Shown here: piece by piece, positions 13,301-27,300 of the stretch
How positions within the stretch are numbered: position 1 is the stretch's first letter
How the letters are laid out: every line of letters starts with the position of its first letter
NCBI RefSeq assembly: GCF_009914755.1
Contig: NC_060936.1
DNA: 64,000 nt
From: the human T2T-CHM13v2.0 reference genome, Homo sapiens
Strand: one strand, 5' to 3'
Notes under the pieces: generated by a model
What the model saw: the letters and a program-made list of their open reading frames with translations, nothing else
Databases searched by the model: none
What the model was told of the DNA's origin: nothing
Made by a program: the position numbers and the translations under genes

Positions 13301-14427
13301 TCAGGAAACTTTGGACACACTTTTAAAAATGTGGAATGCTCTGGGAAGGCTCAGCAGCAGAATGGAATAAGTAGAAGAAATAAATTCAGAACTCAAAGAC
13401 AAAGTCTTCTAATTAATCCAATCCAATGAAGACAAAGAAAAAAAGAATAAGAAAATATAAACAAAGCCTCCAAGAAGTCTGGGATTATTTTAAATGACCA
13501 AACTTGGTAGTAATTGGTATTCCTGAGCAAGAAGAGAATTCTAAAAGCTTGGAAAACACATTTGGGAGAATAATTGAGGGAAACTTTCCCAGCCTTGCTA
13601 GAGACCTAGACATCCAAATACAAGAAGCACAAACAACACCTGGAAAATTCATCGCAAAAAGATCTTTGCCTAGGTGCATTGTCATCAGGTTATCCAAAGT
13701 TAAGACAAAGGAAAGAATCTTAAGAGCTGTGAGACAGAAGCACTAGGTAACCTACAAAGGAAAACCTATCAGATTAACAGCAGATTTCTCAGTAGAAACC
13801 CTACAAGCTAGAAGGGATTGGGGCCCTATCTTCAGCCTCCTCAAATAAAACAATTATCAGCTAAGAATTTTGTATCCAGTGAAACTAAGCACCATATATA
13901 AAGGAAAGATACAGTCATTTTCAGACAAACAAATGCTGAGAGAATTTGCCATTAGCAAGCCACCATTACAAGCACTGCTAAAAGGAGCTCTAAATCTTGA
14001 AACAAATCTTGGAAACATATCAAAACAGAAACTCTTTAAAACATAAATCACACAGAACCTATAAAACAAAAATACATATTAAAAAGCAAAAAACAAACAA
14101 AAAAAAACATAGGCAACAAAGAACACAATGAATGCAACAGTACCTCACATTTCAATACTAGCATTGAATGTAAATTGCCTAAATGCTCCACTTAAAAGAT
14201 ACAGAACTGTAGAATGGGTAAGAACTCACGAACTAACTATCTGCTGCCTTGGGAGACTCACCTAACACATAAGGACTCTCATAAACTTAAAGTACAGGGG
14301 TGGAAAAAGGCATTTCATGCAAATGGGGTAACTTACCCAAAAGCAAGCAGGGGTAACTATTCTTATATAAGACAAAACAAATTTTAAAGCAACAGCAGTT
14401 AAAAGAAACAAAGAGGGACATTATATA

Positions 14428-15036
14428 ATGGTAAAAGGCTTCGTCCAACAGGAAAATATCACAATACTAAACTTATACGCACCTAACACTGGAGCTCCCA
14501 AATTTATAAAACAATTACTAACAGACCTAAGAAATGAGATAGACAGCAACACGATAATAGTGGGGGACTTCAATACTCCACTGACAGCACTAGGCAGGTC
14601 ATCAAGACAGAAAGTCAACAAAGAAACAATGGATTTAAACTATACCTTGGAACAAATGGACTTAACAGATAAATACAGAACATTTCATCCAACAACTGCA
14701 GCATATATCCAGATGGGTAGAATTAATACTGTGAAAATGACCATACTGCCAAAAGCGATCTACAAATTCAATGCAATCCCCATCAAAATACCACCATTGT
14801 TCTTCACAGAATTAGAAAAGAAAATTCTAAAATTTATGTGGAACCGAAAAAGAGCCCACATAACCACAGCAAGACTAAGCAAAAAGAACAAATCTGGAGG
14901 CATCACACTACCTGATTTCAAACTATATTATAAGGCCATAGTCACCAAAACAGCATGGTACTGGTATAAAAATAGGCACATAGACCAATGGAACAGAATA
15001 GAGAACCCAGAAATAAACCCAAATATAGCCAACTGA
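14428..15036 (+). pseudogene. Residual chimeric L1 ORF2 frame (C-half of endonuclease fused to post-RT region)
   Basis: 202 aa: [10 protein letters not shown]...GDFNTPL...YRTFHP joined to [22 protein letters not shown]...[14 protein letters not shown]. Confidence 0.85.
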
Positions 15037-16188
15037 TCTTTAACAAAGTAAACAAAAATATAAAGTGAGGAAAGGACACCCTTTTCAACAAATGGTGCTG
15101 GGATAATTGGCTAGCCACATGTAGGAGAATGAAACTGGATCCTCATCTCTCATCTTATGCAAAAATCACCTCAAGATAGATTAAGGACTTAAACCCAAGA
15201 CCTAAAACCATAAAAACTTTAGAAGATAACGTTTGAAAAACCCTTCTAGACATTGGCTTAGGCAAGGATTTCATGACCAAAAACAAATGCAAATGCAATA
15301 AAAACAAAGATAAATAGCTGAGACCTAATTAAACTAAAGAGCTTGCACACGGCAAAAGCAACAGTCAGCAGAGTAACCAGATAACCTATAGGGTAGGAGA
15401 AAATCTTCACAATCTATACATCTGACAGAGACTAATATCCAGAATCTACAACAAATTCAAATAAATCAGTAAGAAAAAAACAAACAATCCCAACAAAAGG
15501 TGGGCTAAGGACATAAATAGACAATTCTCAAAAGAAGATATACAAGTAGCTAACAAACATATGAAAAAATGCTCAACATCATTAATGATCAGGGAAATGC
15601 AAATCAAAACCACAATGTGATACCACCTTACTCCTGCAAGAATGGCCATAATAAAAAAACAGCAGATGTTGGCATGGGAACAAGGGAACAAGTGAACAGG
15701 GAACATGTGAACATGGGAACAAGTGAACAGGGAACACTTCTACACTGCTGGTGGGAATGTAAACTAGCACAGCCACTATGGAAAACAGTGTGGAGATTCC
15801 TTAAAGAACTAAAAGTAGAACTACCATTAGATCCAGCAATCCCACTACTGGGTATCTACCCAGAGGAAAAGAAGTCATTATTTGAAAAAGATGCTTGCAC
15901 AATTTATAGCGGCACAATTCACAATAGCAAAATCATGGAACCAACCCAAATGCCCATCAATCAACGAGTGGATAGAGAAACTGTGGTATATATAGATGAT
16001 GGAATACTACACATCCATAAAAATGAATTAACAGCATTTGCAGTAACCTGGATGAGACTGGAGACTATTATTCTAAGTGAAGTAACTCAGGAATGGAAAA
16101 CCAAACATCGTATGTTCTCACTGATATGTGGGAGCTAAGCTATGAGGACACAAAGGCATAAAAATGATACAATGGACTTTGAGGACTT

Positions 16189-16208
16189 GGGGGAAAGGGT
16201 GGGAGGGG
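16189..16208 (+). other. Canonical G-quadruplex motif in L1 3'UTR
   Basis: GGGGG-AAA-GGG-T-GGG-A-GGGG. Confidence 0.7.
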
Positions 16209-17000
16209 ATAAGGAATAAAAGACTACAAATATGGTATAGTGTATACTGCTCCAGGTGATGGCTGCACCAAAATCTCACAAATCACCACTAAAGAACTTA
16301 CTCATGTAACCAAATACCATCTGTACCCCAATAACTTATGGAAAAATTTTAAAAATTAAATTAAATTTAAAAAAAAGAACTCATTGCAAACTTTAAAAAC
16401 CCAGCAGTTCTCTGAAAAGAAACTCTCTGTTGGGGAATTGGAACTTGCCATTAAAAAAAAAATGAGTGGGGAAGAAAAATACTTTTTAGATAAGTTTGTT
16501 GTTTTATTTATGTCACACTATTACTGCACCTCAAAGAAGACTTTATTACGGTTAGTTAAAAAAATCATTGAGAAGAAAGAAGCATCATTCACCTTTCAAT
16601 TCTAAACAAGCCTTCCATTTCCTGTTTTTTTTTTTAAATTGAGACAGGTTTTTTGATTGAGATAGGTTTTGTTTTTCTATTAGCTGTTAATTTATTCTAA
16701 AACTTAAAAAAACTGATATACTCTTTTTAATAACCCTTCTTCACATTTACTAGATTGTGCCAATAGAATTTAGGAGTAGTTCTAAAATATTACATTTATA
16801 TAAAATGGACACTACAGAGAATTTTTATCTAATATTTGTTGAAATCAGCAAGTTTTTTTCTAAGATTCAAGCAGAAAAGACTTACAAAAAGAACCAGTGG
16901 AATAAGTTGAAAATACCTCACATCAATTTTAGCAGAAAAAGAACTAAAGCACAAAACCTCAGCAACCTTTAAGTATCTAAACCAAAGTTACCTAAAAAAA

Positions 17001-19722
17001 TTTTTTTTTAACTTTATTTTAGGGTCAGGGGTACATATGCAGGTTTGTGATACAGCTAAACTTATGCTACAGGGAGTTTTTGTACAGATTATTTCATCAC
17101 CCAGATACTAAGCCTAGTACCCAATATTTATTTTTTCCTGATCATCTCCCTCTTCCCACACTACATCCTCAAATAGGCACCAGCATCTGTTGTTCCCCTC
17201 TATGTGTCCATGAGTTCTCATCATTTAGTTCCCACTTATAAGTGAGAACCTGGAGTATTTTGTTTTCTGTTCCTGCATTAGTTTGCTAAGGACAATGGCC
17301 TCTAGCTCCATCCATGTTCCTGCAAAAGACATGATCTTATTCTTTTTTATGGCTGCATAGAATTTCATGGTATATACGTACCACATTTTCTTGATCCAGT
17401 CTATCATTGATGGACATTTAGGTTGATTCCATGTCTTTGCTATTGTGAGTAGTGCTGCAATAAACATTCACATGTGTGTGTCTTTATGGTAACATGATTT
17501 ATATTCCTTTGGGTATATACCCAGTAATGGGATTGTTGGGTCGAATGGTATTTCTGGTTTTAGCTCTTTGAGGAATTGCCATACTGCTTTCCACAATGGT
17601 TGAGCTAATTTACACTCTACCAACAATGTATAAGCATTACCCTTTCTCCACAACCTTGCCAGCATCTGTTATTTTTTAACTTTTTAACAATAGCCATTCT
17701 GACTGGTGTGAGATGGTATCTCATTGTGGTTTTCATTTGCATTTCTCTAATTCTGTTCCATTTGCCTACATGTCTGTTTTTGTACCAGTACTATGCTGTT
17801 TTGGTTACTGTAGCCCTGTAGTATAGTTTGAGGTCAGGTAACACAATGCCTCCAGCTTTGCTCTTTTTGGTTAGGATTGCCCTGGCTACTCAGACTCTTT
17901 TTTGGTTCCATATGAAGTTTTTTCCAGTTATGTGAAGAATGCCATTGGTTGTTAAATAGGAATAAATTGCTTTGGGCAGTATGGCCGTTTTAATAATATT
18001 GATTCTTCCTAATCATGAGCATGGGATGTGTTTCCATTTGTTTGTGTCATCTCTGATTTCTTTGAGCAGTGTCTTGTATTTCTCATTGTAGAGATCTTCC
18101 ACCTCCCAGATTAGCTGTATTCCTAGGTATTTTATTCTTTTTGTGGCAATTGTGAATGGGATGACACTCCTGATTTAGCTCCCAACATGGCTGTTGTTGG
18201 TGTATAGGAATGCTAGTAATTTGTGTTCAAATTACTGAAATTTTGTCGAAGTTGTTTATCAGCTGAAGGAGCTTTTGGTCCAAGATTATGTGGTTTTCTA
18301 GGGATAGAATTATGTTGTCTGCAAACAGGGATAGTTTGATTTCCTCACTTATTTAGAGGCACTTTATTTCTTTCTCTTGCCTTATTGCTCTGGCCAGGAC
18401 TTCCAAAACTATGTTGAATAGGAGTAGTGAAAGAGGGCATCCTTGTCTTGTGCCAGTTTTCATGGTGAATGCATCTAGCTTTTGCCCATTCAGTATAATG
18501 TTGGCTGTTGGTTTGTCATAGATGGCTCTTATTATTTTGAAGTATGTTCCTCCAATACATAACTTATTGAGAGTTTCTAACATAAAGGGACGTTGAATTT
18601 TATTGAAAGCATTTTCTGCATTGAGATAATCATGTGGTTTTTGTCTTTAGTAATGTTTATGTGATAAATCATACTTATGATTTGCATATGTTAAACCAAT
18701 CTTGCATCCCAGGAATGAAGCCTATTTGATTATGGTGGACTCAGTTTTTGATTCCGTTTGCAAGTATTTTGCTGAGGATTTTTGCATCAATGTTCATCAA
18801 GGATATTGGCCTGAAGTTTTCTTTTTTGTTGTTGTATCTCTGCCAGTTTCGGGATTAGGATGATACTGGCCTCATAGAATGAGTTAAGGAGGAGTCCCTT
18901 CTCAATTTTTTGGAATAGTTTTAGTAGAAATGGTACCAGTTCTTTTTTGTACATCTGGCAGAATTCAGCTATGAACCCATCTAGTCCTCAGCTTTTTTTT
19001 GGTTTGTAGGCTATTCATTACTGATTCAGTTTCAGAGCTCGTTATTGGTTTGTTCAGGGGAGAAATTTCTTCCTGGCTCAGTCTTGGGAGAATATGTGTG
19101 TCCAGGAATTTATCCATCTCTTCTAGGTTTTCTAGTTTGTGTGCATAGAGGCGTTCATAATAGTTTGTCATGGTTATTTTTATTTTTGTGGGATCCATGG
19201 TAACATCTATTTTGTTGATTCTAATTGTGTTTATTTGGATCTTCTCTTGTTTTTTATTAGTCTAGCTAGAGGCCTATCTAATTAATTTTTCCAAAAACCC
19301 AACTTCTTGATTTGTTGATCTTATGAATGGTTTTTCATGACTTGATTTCCTTCAGTTCAGCTCTGATTTTGATTATTTTTTGACTACTACTAGCTTTGGG
19401 GTTGGTTTGCTCTTCCTTCTCTAATTCTTTCAGTTGTGACATTAGGTTGTTAATTTGGGATCTTTCTAACTATTTGGTGTGGGCATTTAGTGCTACAAAT
19501 TTTTCTCTTAATACTGCCTTAGTTGTGTCCCAGATATTCTGGTATGTTGTATCTTTTTTCTCATTAGTTTCAAAGAACTTCTTGATTTCTGCCTTCATGT
19601 CATTATTCACTCAAAAGTCATTCAGGAGCAGGTTATTTAATTTCCATGTAATTGCATTATTTTCACTGATTTTTTACTCTTGAATTCTATTTTTATTGTG
19701 CTGTGGTCCAAGAGTGTGTTTG
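17001..19722 (-). mobile_element. L1PA13-15-like LINE-1, 5'-truncated, with ~590 bp internal deletion
   Basis: Poly-T then aggggtacatatgcaggtttgt...tgtacagattatttcatcacccag; minus-strand ORF2 fragments ([22 protein letters not shown]). Confidence 0.92.
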
Positions 19723-19879
19723 CAGAATTAATTTATTACTTTATAATTTTTTAACCAGCAAATAGACAAATGGTATTCTGACTAAAATTTCTATCTTCCT
19801 AGAAACCAGAGAATGAATTAAGTTACATTTCAAAGTAACCTTCCAGGGTCATTAAAGCTATTCTTCACCTGCTTCCAAT

Positions 19880-19972
19880 CAGATTAAAGTAGATCCAAAG
19901 AGCAGGACTGTGGATATTATATTCACTGCTACATCCTCAACTCACTATAGGTATTCAGTAAATACTTGTTCT
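19880..19972 (+). mobile_element. L2 3' fragment
   Basis: agcaggactg...attcactgct...taggtattcagtaaatacttgtt. Confidence 0.5.
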
Positions 19973-20934
19973 TGCAAATTTACTTTGTTTCCTCTGTGAT
20001 AATTCCTCTTTTGTGGAATCAACAAATCTTACTAGATTTTCTGCTTATTTTAATAAAAGAACTTTTCAGTGTCAGTGGACAACAAGAAACAGAAGACTAA
20101 ACTATCAAGATGGAGAAAACATTTTTAATCCTATCTACTAATGGAAACTACATGTAGTTTATCCAGAGCAGCCCCTGTAAGTAAACCAGACCACTTCATG
20201 TAAGTAAATATTACCAAAGAAAACCTGAGCAGGTATAGAATGCCTTAAGATAATGATTTCTCAACGTGGGGAGTTGGAAGATAGGGGAGGATTCTCAGTA
20301 TACTGGGTAGAAGATAATGGATATGAAATAAGAAAACCATATTATTTTATGCAAATTCAAATTCAGAAAATGAAATAAAGACAAATTATAGACAACAAAT
20401 CTTGCAAATTATTGGCTGATGTTAAAAATTGGGAAAAAAGTTGGTGATGTGTGTGAGTCAATCTGTGTATATGTTTAAGAAACTTGCACATTTTTAACAT
20501 ATGAATATGTTGCTACCTTAAAACTGAAGTGGAACCTTAAAAAGAAATAAAGTGAGGAATAGAAATGATGAATTAATTAATATTTGTTAGTCATGTGTCA
20601 GGTGTTGGGATTTTGCCCTACTGACTTCACCAAATGTTGGGTGGTCTCCTTTACACAGCCAGATGCACCTCAACTTCTGATACTATATCTATATGCTTTC
20701 AGTTCCCAAGAGATTTAACACCAGAATGCTCCAGCTAAATGTGCTTGCTTTATTTCTGGCTAAGCCATCTCTTGAGCTGGTTTTCTACTATAATGAGCCA
20801 GATTTCACTACTCAGAAACGTGCAGAATGTCCTTGACTTTCTTCCATAAACTCGGATCCTCTGTTTTCTTTCCTAGGGGTTCCAACGCAGTCCTATTGAG
20901 CCCTCCGAGGCAAATTTCACACCCTGTTCCAACA

Positions 20935-21348
20935 GCCTAGCATGCTCTTCTCCTTCAGGCCAAATGCCTGACACTTGTTCTCTCATTTCATTCAGGTCTC
21001 TGCTCAAGTGTGACCTCATTAGAGATACTATCCCTGATCACCTTGCCTAAAATAACACCCCTTCACTCTCTGTGTCCAATCAGCCCTCCAATAACACCTT
21101 ACTCTATTCATTCCTCTGTGTTTTTCCTTATATAGCATGTATCACCACCTGACATCCTATTGTATTATGTTATGACATGTGTGTGCATGTGTATGTGTGT
21201 ATGTGTATATATGTATGTTTTTGGTCTACTAACTAGTAATTACATCCATGAAGATAGAAACTTTATTTTATTCTTATTATATCCCCAACAGTTCTAAGCA
21301 CATAGCAGACACAAAATAAATATTGATTAAATGGGTGAATAAATGAAT
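20935..21348 (+). mobile_element. L2 3' end containing a (TG/TA)n tract
   Basis: ttcaggtctctgctcaagtgtgacctc...ccctgatcacc...aaatattgattaaatgggtgaataaatgaat. Confidence 0.8.
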
Positions 21349-21692
21349 CTTATTTTACCAGTTGAATATCAAGATATAAAAGAGAAAAGGTACAGTTTTG
21401 CTACTACTTGCAAAACCACTACTAGTAGGATGATGACCTTATTATATGTCTTTGAAGCCTTATATCTAATTTTGTAGAAAACAGAACTATGTCTACCAAA
21501 ATAAACATAATTTCTGAATCATTAGAAATGTTTGTCAGAGCAATCAAAACATGGAAAACTGTGCAAAAGATAGAGTCAGATGACTGATATTTTAGGTATG
21601 TTCTGTTAGCAATTTTTAGTTTATAAAAACTTTGACTCTCTTAAGAAAAATGACATCAAAGAGAAATTCCCAGATACTAACAGGCTTTTAAA

Positions 21693-21719
21693 ATATATAC
21701 ATATATATATATATATATA
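21693..21719. repeat. (TA)n microsatellite
   Basis: atatatacatatatatatatatatata. Confidence 0.9.
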
Positions 21720-22244
21720 AATGAGTATCTGCTGGTAATATAAAACTATGAAAAATTATGATTCCTGACCTGTAAAAAGAGAACACATTCATGCTAATTT
21801 CATGGGTCTGCCAAGACAAGAAATCAGCTTTCCACTTTGCTCACTACAGAAAAACATTGAAGTGCCATTTTGGTGGCAAGAATGAACAACAACAACATTC
21901 ATTCTTTGATATTTTTCCTTTTTCATCATTTATAGTTGTCAGAGCAGCGATCCTGGCATTATTCCACATAGTCAAATCACACTCAACTTCGTCATTCTGT
22001 AGCTTCTTTTAGATGATAAGAAGAAATTTTAGCAGTTTTCATTATAATGTACATGCTGAATTCTGCATTGTTTACTCTCATACACAGGGATTCTAAACAC
22101 AATTTATTATTGTTCAGACCAATACCCAGGTAAGAGAACTCCTCGATGTTCACAATTCATGCATCTTTATTCTTCATTTAAATAAGCACAATCAACAACT
22201 CCTCTCATGAGGAAATGCCAGGGCAGAAGCATTTCAGTTTCCTA

Positions 22245-22701
<457 letters not shown>

Positions 22702-23594
22702 TCACAAGGTACTGAGCATCTTGGTAATAGAAATCTCCTGTCACCTTGGTACTGGCTGACATGTGGACTCTGACAGAAGAGTGGGTATCCATGCCATAGA
22801 TGCTTCAGTGGTGTCATCACAGGCATAGTTTTAGTCTCACCTGACACAAAATGTGATTATAGTTTTAAAGAATAATCATGAAGGCAAGTAATTTACATTT
22901 CAGTCTAATAAAAACACTAAGACCTTCCTTAGCCAAGCAGCTGAAATCCTGCTAATGAGATTCATCATTGGCCTGCTTAGTTACCTCATACATCTTTATC
23001 TGCTGATTTCAGCTCTCTTCACATGCAGAACTACACATCATTCTTATAAATTATGTGAATCTCTTAAGAGTGAAACATTTCCGAGCAAAACACTACAAGC
23101 TTAGGTAATGTAGCAGAATGATCTCTGAAGCACCCACCAAGAGACTCAACTATTAAGTATATTCCTGGACAAGTTATTTTAATTAATGTTCCATGAGTAA
23201 ATCTATTGGAAGCACTGTGGTAGTTAACCCTGGAGAACAGAAAGATGACTCTAATGATAGTTTGGACCTCCAAGTCAAGGGTATGGGTACATCATAGTGT
23301 ATGTGTATTTCTACAATCTCATAGAAAGAAAGAAGATATGGACACATAGAACTATAATATTACTGTATTCACTGCCACAGTAAGATGCATTTTTAAGAGT
23401 TAAGAATCTCTCTATCTTTTACTATAGTCTCTAAAAGTCTAAAACATCTATTCTTTGAATATTTCATATCACTGGCCCATAAAACTGATGCTTTGGTGGT
23501 GCTGACTGGAGAAAGAGCTAGATTTTTAACAATCATTATTATTTGTTTTATATTTATTTGTCTCTTTGGGTTTTGTACATCATCAATTTGCTTT

Positions 23595-23822
23595 TGAATT
23601 TTAACAATATATTTTATTTAACCCAATATATCTAAAATACTATCATTTTGACATGTAATCAAAATTTAAAATTTATAATGAGACATTTTACATTCTTAGT
23701 AAATAATGTCTGCTAAGCCAGTGCATGTTTTACACTTAACAGTACATCTCAATTCAGACTTGACACATTTCAAGTGCTCACTAGCCCCATGTGGCTACAG
23801 ACTACCATATCAAACAGGGCAG
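23595..23822. mobile_element. MER33-like hAT-Charlie element
   Basis: ttatttaacccaatatatctaaaa...acatttcaagtgctcactagccccatgtggcta. Confidence 0.8.
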
Positions 23823-24554
23823 TTCTAGATCTTACCTCCATGGACTTTTGAGACCTAATGATTCTCACACTATCTTGTTCTGTAGTGACTGTGCTGCAAA
23901 TACCTTGTCTAGATTCTGACATGATTTCTCATTTCTAAGCTACTGTTCACATCGAACTTTTAACTCCTAAATCACTGATTCCAGAAATGGACACTTTGCT
24001 TGGCTCTCTCAATACCTATTCCCTGTCTGACTAACATTGTCCTGCTGCTACATATCTGGCATGACATCAAGTAATTATTTAGGCTTTTCTCATTAGAAGA
24101 GAGGTCTATTTTATAGAAAAGGTATCACTGAGTGCAAGAACATGCTGAATTCTCTGTGGATTCTTTAGATTTACCTACGGGGAGCTTAACTATTTGGAAT
24201 ATAAGACTATTATCTGGTTCCCAGATCCACTCATGGCTACTTACTGCTTGCTGATGTAGTACACAAAAGAAAATAGCTTTTAAACATCAGAAACTAAATA
24301 TTATCTTGGTCTTTAAATTTGTACAGTGAAAAATTACTAATTTGTTCCCACAGGCCAATGAATGATTCGATGTTTCAAGTAGAATGGGGTCAATGTTACG
24401 TGCTCAGAAAGGCAGAGGGGAAAAAAGTATATAAATAATTTTCAAAATATACCTAACTCTCTCACTCCCAGTTAACTTGGAAACCTTGATAGTCTTTTAA
24501 CTTTTCTATTTTACCTTTGAGGCCAAACCTCTGTGATTACAGGTGTATGCTCAC

Positions 24555-25041
<487 letters not shown>

Positions 25042-25134
25042 CTATCTTGATGTATCAATTTTTATTTTCCAAGAAGCACATCTGTTTCAACTAAAGATTG
25101 AAATTTATTGGAATAAAGCCATGTGAAAATTATT

Positions 25135-25745
25135 TTAATAAGCGTTTTACTATAAAATAGAACAAAATGTGTAAAACACAAATTCTCAAGTTTAATATAA
25201 AATGGGCACCTATGTCATCACAACTCAAACTATAACGTCTTGCCAGCACCAAGGATCCCTCCATTTGTCCATTCCCAATCAGAACCTCTACCTTCCCTAG
25301 GGAAATGACCACTCTTATAACCCTTGAGATTTTTTTTGTTCATTTTGCTTTTCTTTTTAGACCTATGGCTATACATGCATGCCTAAACAATAAAGTTTAG
25401 TTTCACCCAGTTATAAACAACATAAATGGAATCATGCTATATGTTCTATGCTATTTATTTCTTCTTTTATTCAAAATTATGTTCATAAAATTCATCAGTG
25501 TTGTTGCCAGTAGCTATCATATGTACAATTTCAATGCCATAGTCTACTCCTTTGAGTGAATATGCTGCAATTTATTTATCAATTATATTCTTCATGGTCA
25601 TTTGGATTGGTTCTAGCTTTGGGATAAAACTGATACAAACAATGCTGTTACAAACAATGCTGAAGGGAACACTCATACATGTATCTTGACGCAGATACTC
25701 ACAAGCAGCTCTAAAATATATTCCTAGGAGTGGAATTGTTGGGTC
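25135..25745 (-). mobile_element. Old L1M 3' fragment
   Basis: ataaatggaatcat...aaattcatc...tttggattggttctagctttggga...cctaggagtggaattgttgggtca. Confidence 0.75.
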
Positions 25746-25748
25746 AAA

Positions 25749-26041
25749 GGGAGGCTCATTAGAGCCTCAGCACTCAAGGTTTTTATTGGTGGCTTGTCAA
25801 TGGGCATGCTTTGCCTGGAATATGCAAAAATTCTAGGCTCCAGGAGGAGAACAGGTGTTAAGTATAAACCAAATTGTTTGCACAAAGAGTTTAGGCATAG
25901 TTAGCCACTCTTATCCATTAAAGTGGTGGAAACCCTCCCAAAAGTCAAGTTCTCAGATACCAGCCACGGTCAACCTTTCTAAACAGTCCTACCAAACGCT
26001 AGCACTCAGGCCTGCTGTGTGTGTCAACTCTTCTCTGTACA
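25749..26041 (-). mobile_element. MER21A/B-like LTR fragment
   Basis: ataaaccaaattgtttgcacaaagagtttaggca...ctcaggcctgct...aactcttctctgtaca. Confidence 0.8.
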
Positions 26042-26049
26042 TCCTGAAT

Positions 26050-26530
26050 ATCAGACTCATTCAATTATTATTGCTTGGTAATAAGCCTCTATATCTGGAG
26101 TTTAAAATCTCCAGCTTTGACTTTCTTTAAAATTGACTTGGTTTTCTTTGCCTCTGGAATTTTCACATAATTTTAGCATCAGCTAATCAATTTACATGTC
26201 CAATCATTGATGAGATTTTGACTGGGATTACATTGAATTATACATCATTTAGGGTAAACTGACATCTTTACAATATGCAGTCTTCAATTCTTGAAGATGA
26301 ATTATGTCACCATTTACTTAGATCTTTAAAATCCCTCCATTTTTAAAACTGTTTTCCATGCAGCATTGTGTATCTTTTCATAGATTTATTCTGAATACTT
26401 GATCATTTTTAACACACTTGTGCCATTATTTTTTAACTATTTGTTTTTTGCTCATAGAAATAAATTCATTTTTGTATCCATCAAACTTGCTAAACGCTTA
26501 TTGATTTTAAGAATGTATGTGTACACTCTT
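26050..26530 (-). mobile_element. Old L1M ORF2 fragment
   Basis: gagattttgactgggattacattgaatt...gacatctttacaata...catttacttagatctt. Confidence 0.65.
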
Positions 26531-26544
26531 CCAGATGAAATAAG

Positions 26545-26790
26545 AAGCAGCATAGCATAGTTAGGAGCATAGATTCTGGAACCAAAGTACCAGCTCCACT
26601 GCTTACCAGTGTGTGACCTCAGGTAAGTCGTAATCTCTTTATCTTTCTGTTCCTTACCTGCAAAACAGAAATAACAATTGTACCTTCCTCATGGGTTGGT
26701 ATGAGGATTCACTGAGATTATGTAATAGAAGCACCTAGCACAATCTCTGGGATGTACTAAACATTAAATAATGGTCATTATTACCATCAT
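26545..26790 (+). mobile_element. MIR SINE, near full length
   Basis: gcatagcatagttaggagcatagattctgga...tgtgacctcaggtaagt...cctcatgggttggtatgaggatt. Confidence 0.85.
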
Positions 26791-27300
26791 CATTATCATC
26801 ACTATATATACACATGATAAATAATCATATTTAGCCCCACAGACATTACTATTTTTGTTTATAAAGTCAGTGCCCCTTTAGATTTAGTGACATATTTACC
26901 TGTTTCTTTTTCATTCTTTTCTGCATCCCAGCCCTCCCCCCTCTGGAATCTCTGTCCTTCCATCTCATGTACATCTTTAGAAATTTCTCTAGTGACAGAC
27001 TATATATTTTTATTTTAAAATGTTTTTATTTCACCTTCTCTTTTACAGAATACTTCCACTGGGTATAGACATTCAGAGCTGGCAGTTATTTGCTTCTCTG
27101 TGCATTGAGGTTATCGATCTACTGCCTCCTAGCTTCCAGTTTCTATTGTGCTATCGAGAAGTTGACTGTCAGTCTAACCCTTAATCCACTAAACAGAATT
27201 ATGTTTTTCTCTAAATCATATTTTTTCTGTAGCTTTATTACAATGTGTATTTCATTATATTTAACCTACTTGTGATTTGTTGTGCTTAAGCCTATTGATT

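Noticed and set aside
15569-16138. 189-aa ORF
   Set aside because: Frame-shifted mosaic of the L1 ORF2 C-terminus and 3'UTR.
20069-20205. Acceptor-like site, NPIY-ending peptide and two gtaagt donors
   Set aside because: Short polypyrimidine tract, stops in all frames, and the motif is too short to mean anything.
20596-20700. Possible LTR fragment (MER21-like)
   Set aside because: Similarity is too short and degenerate to support a call.
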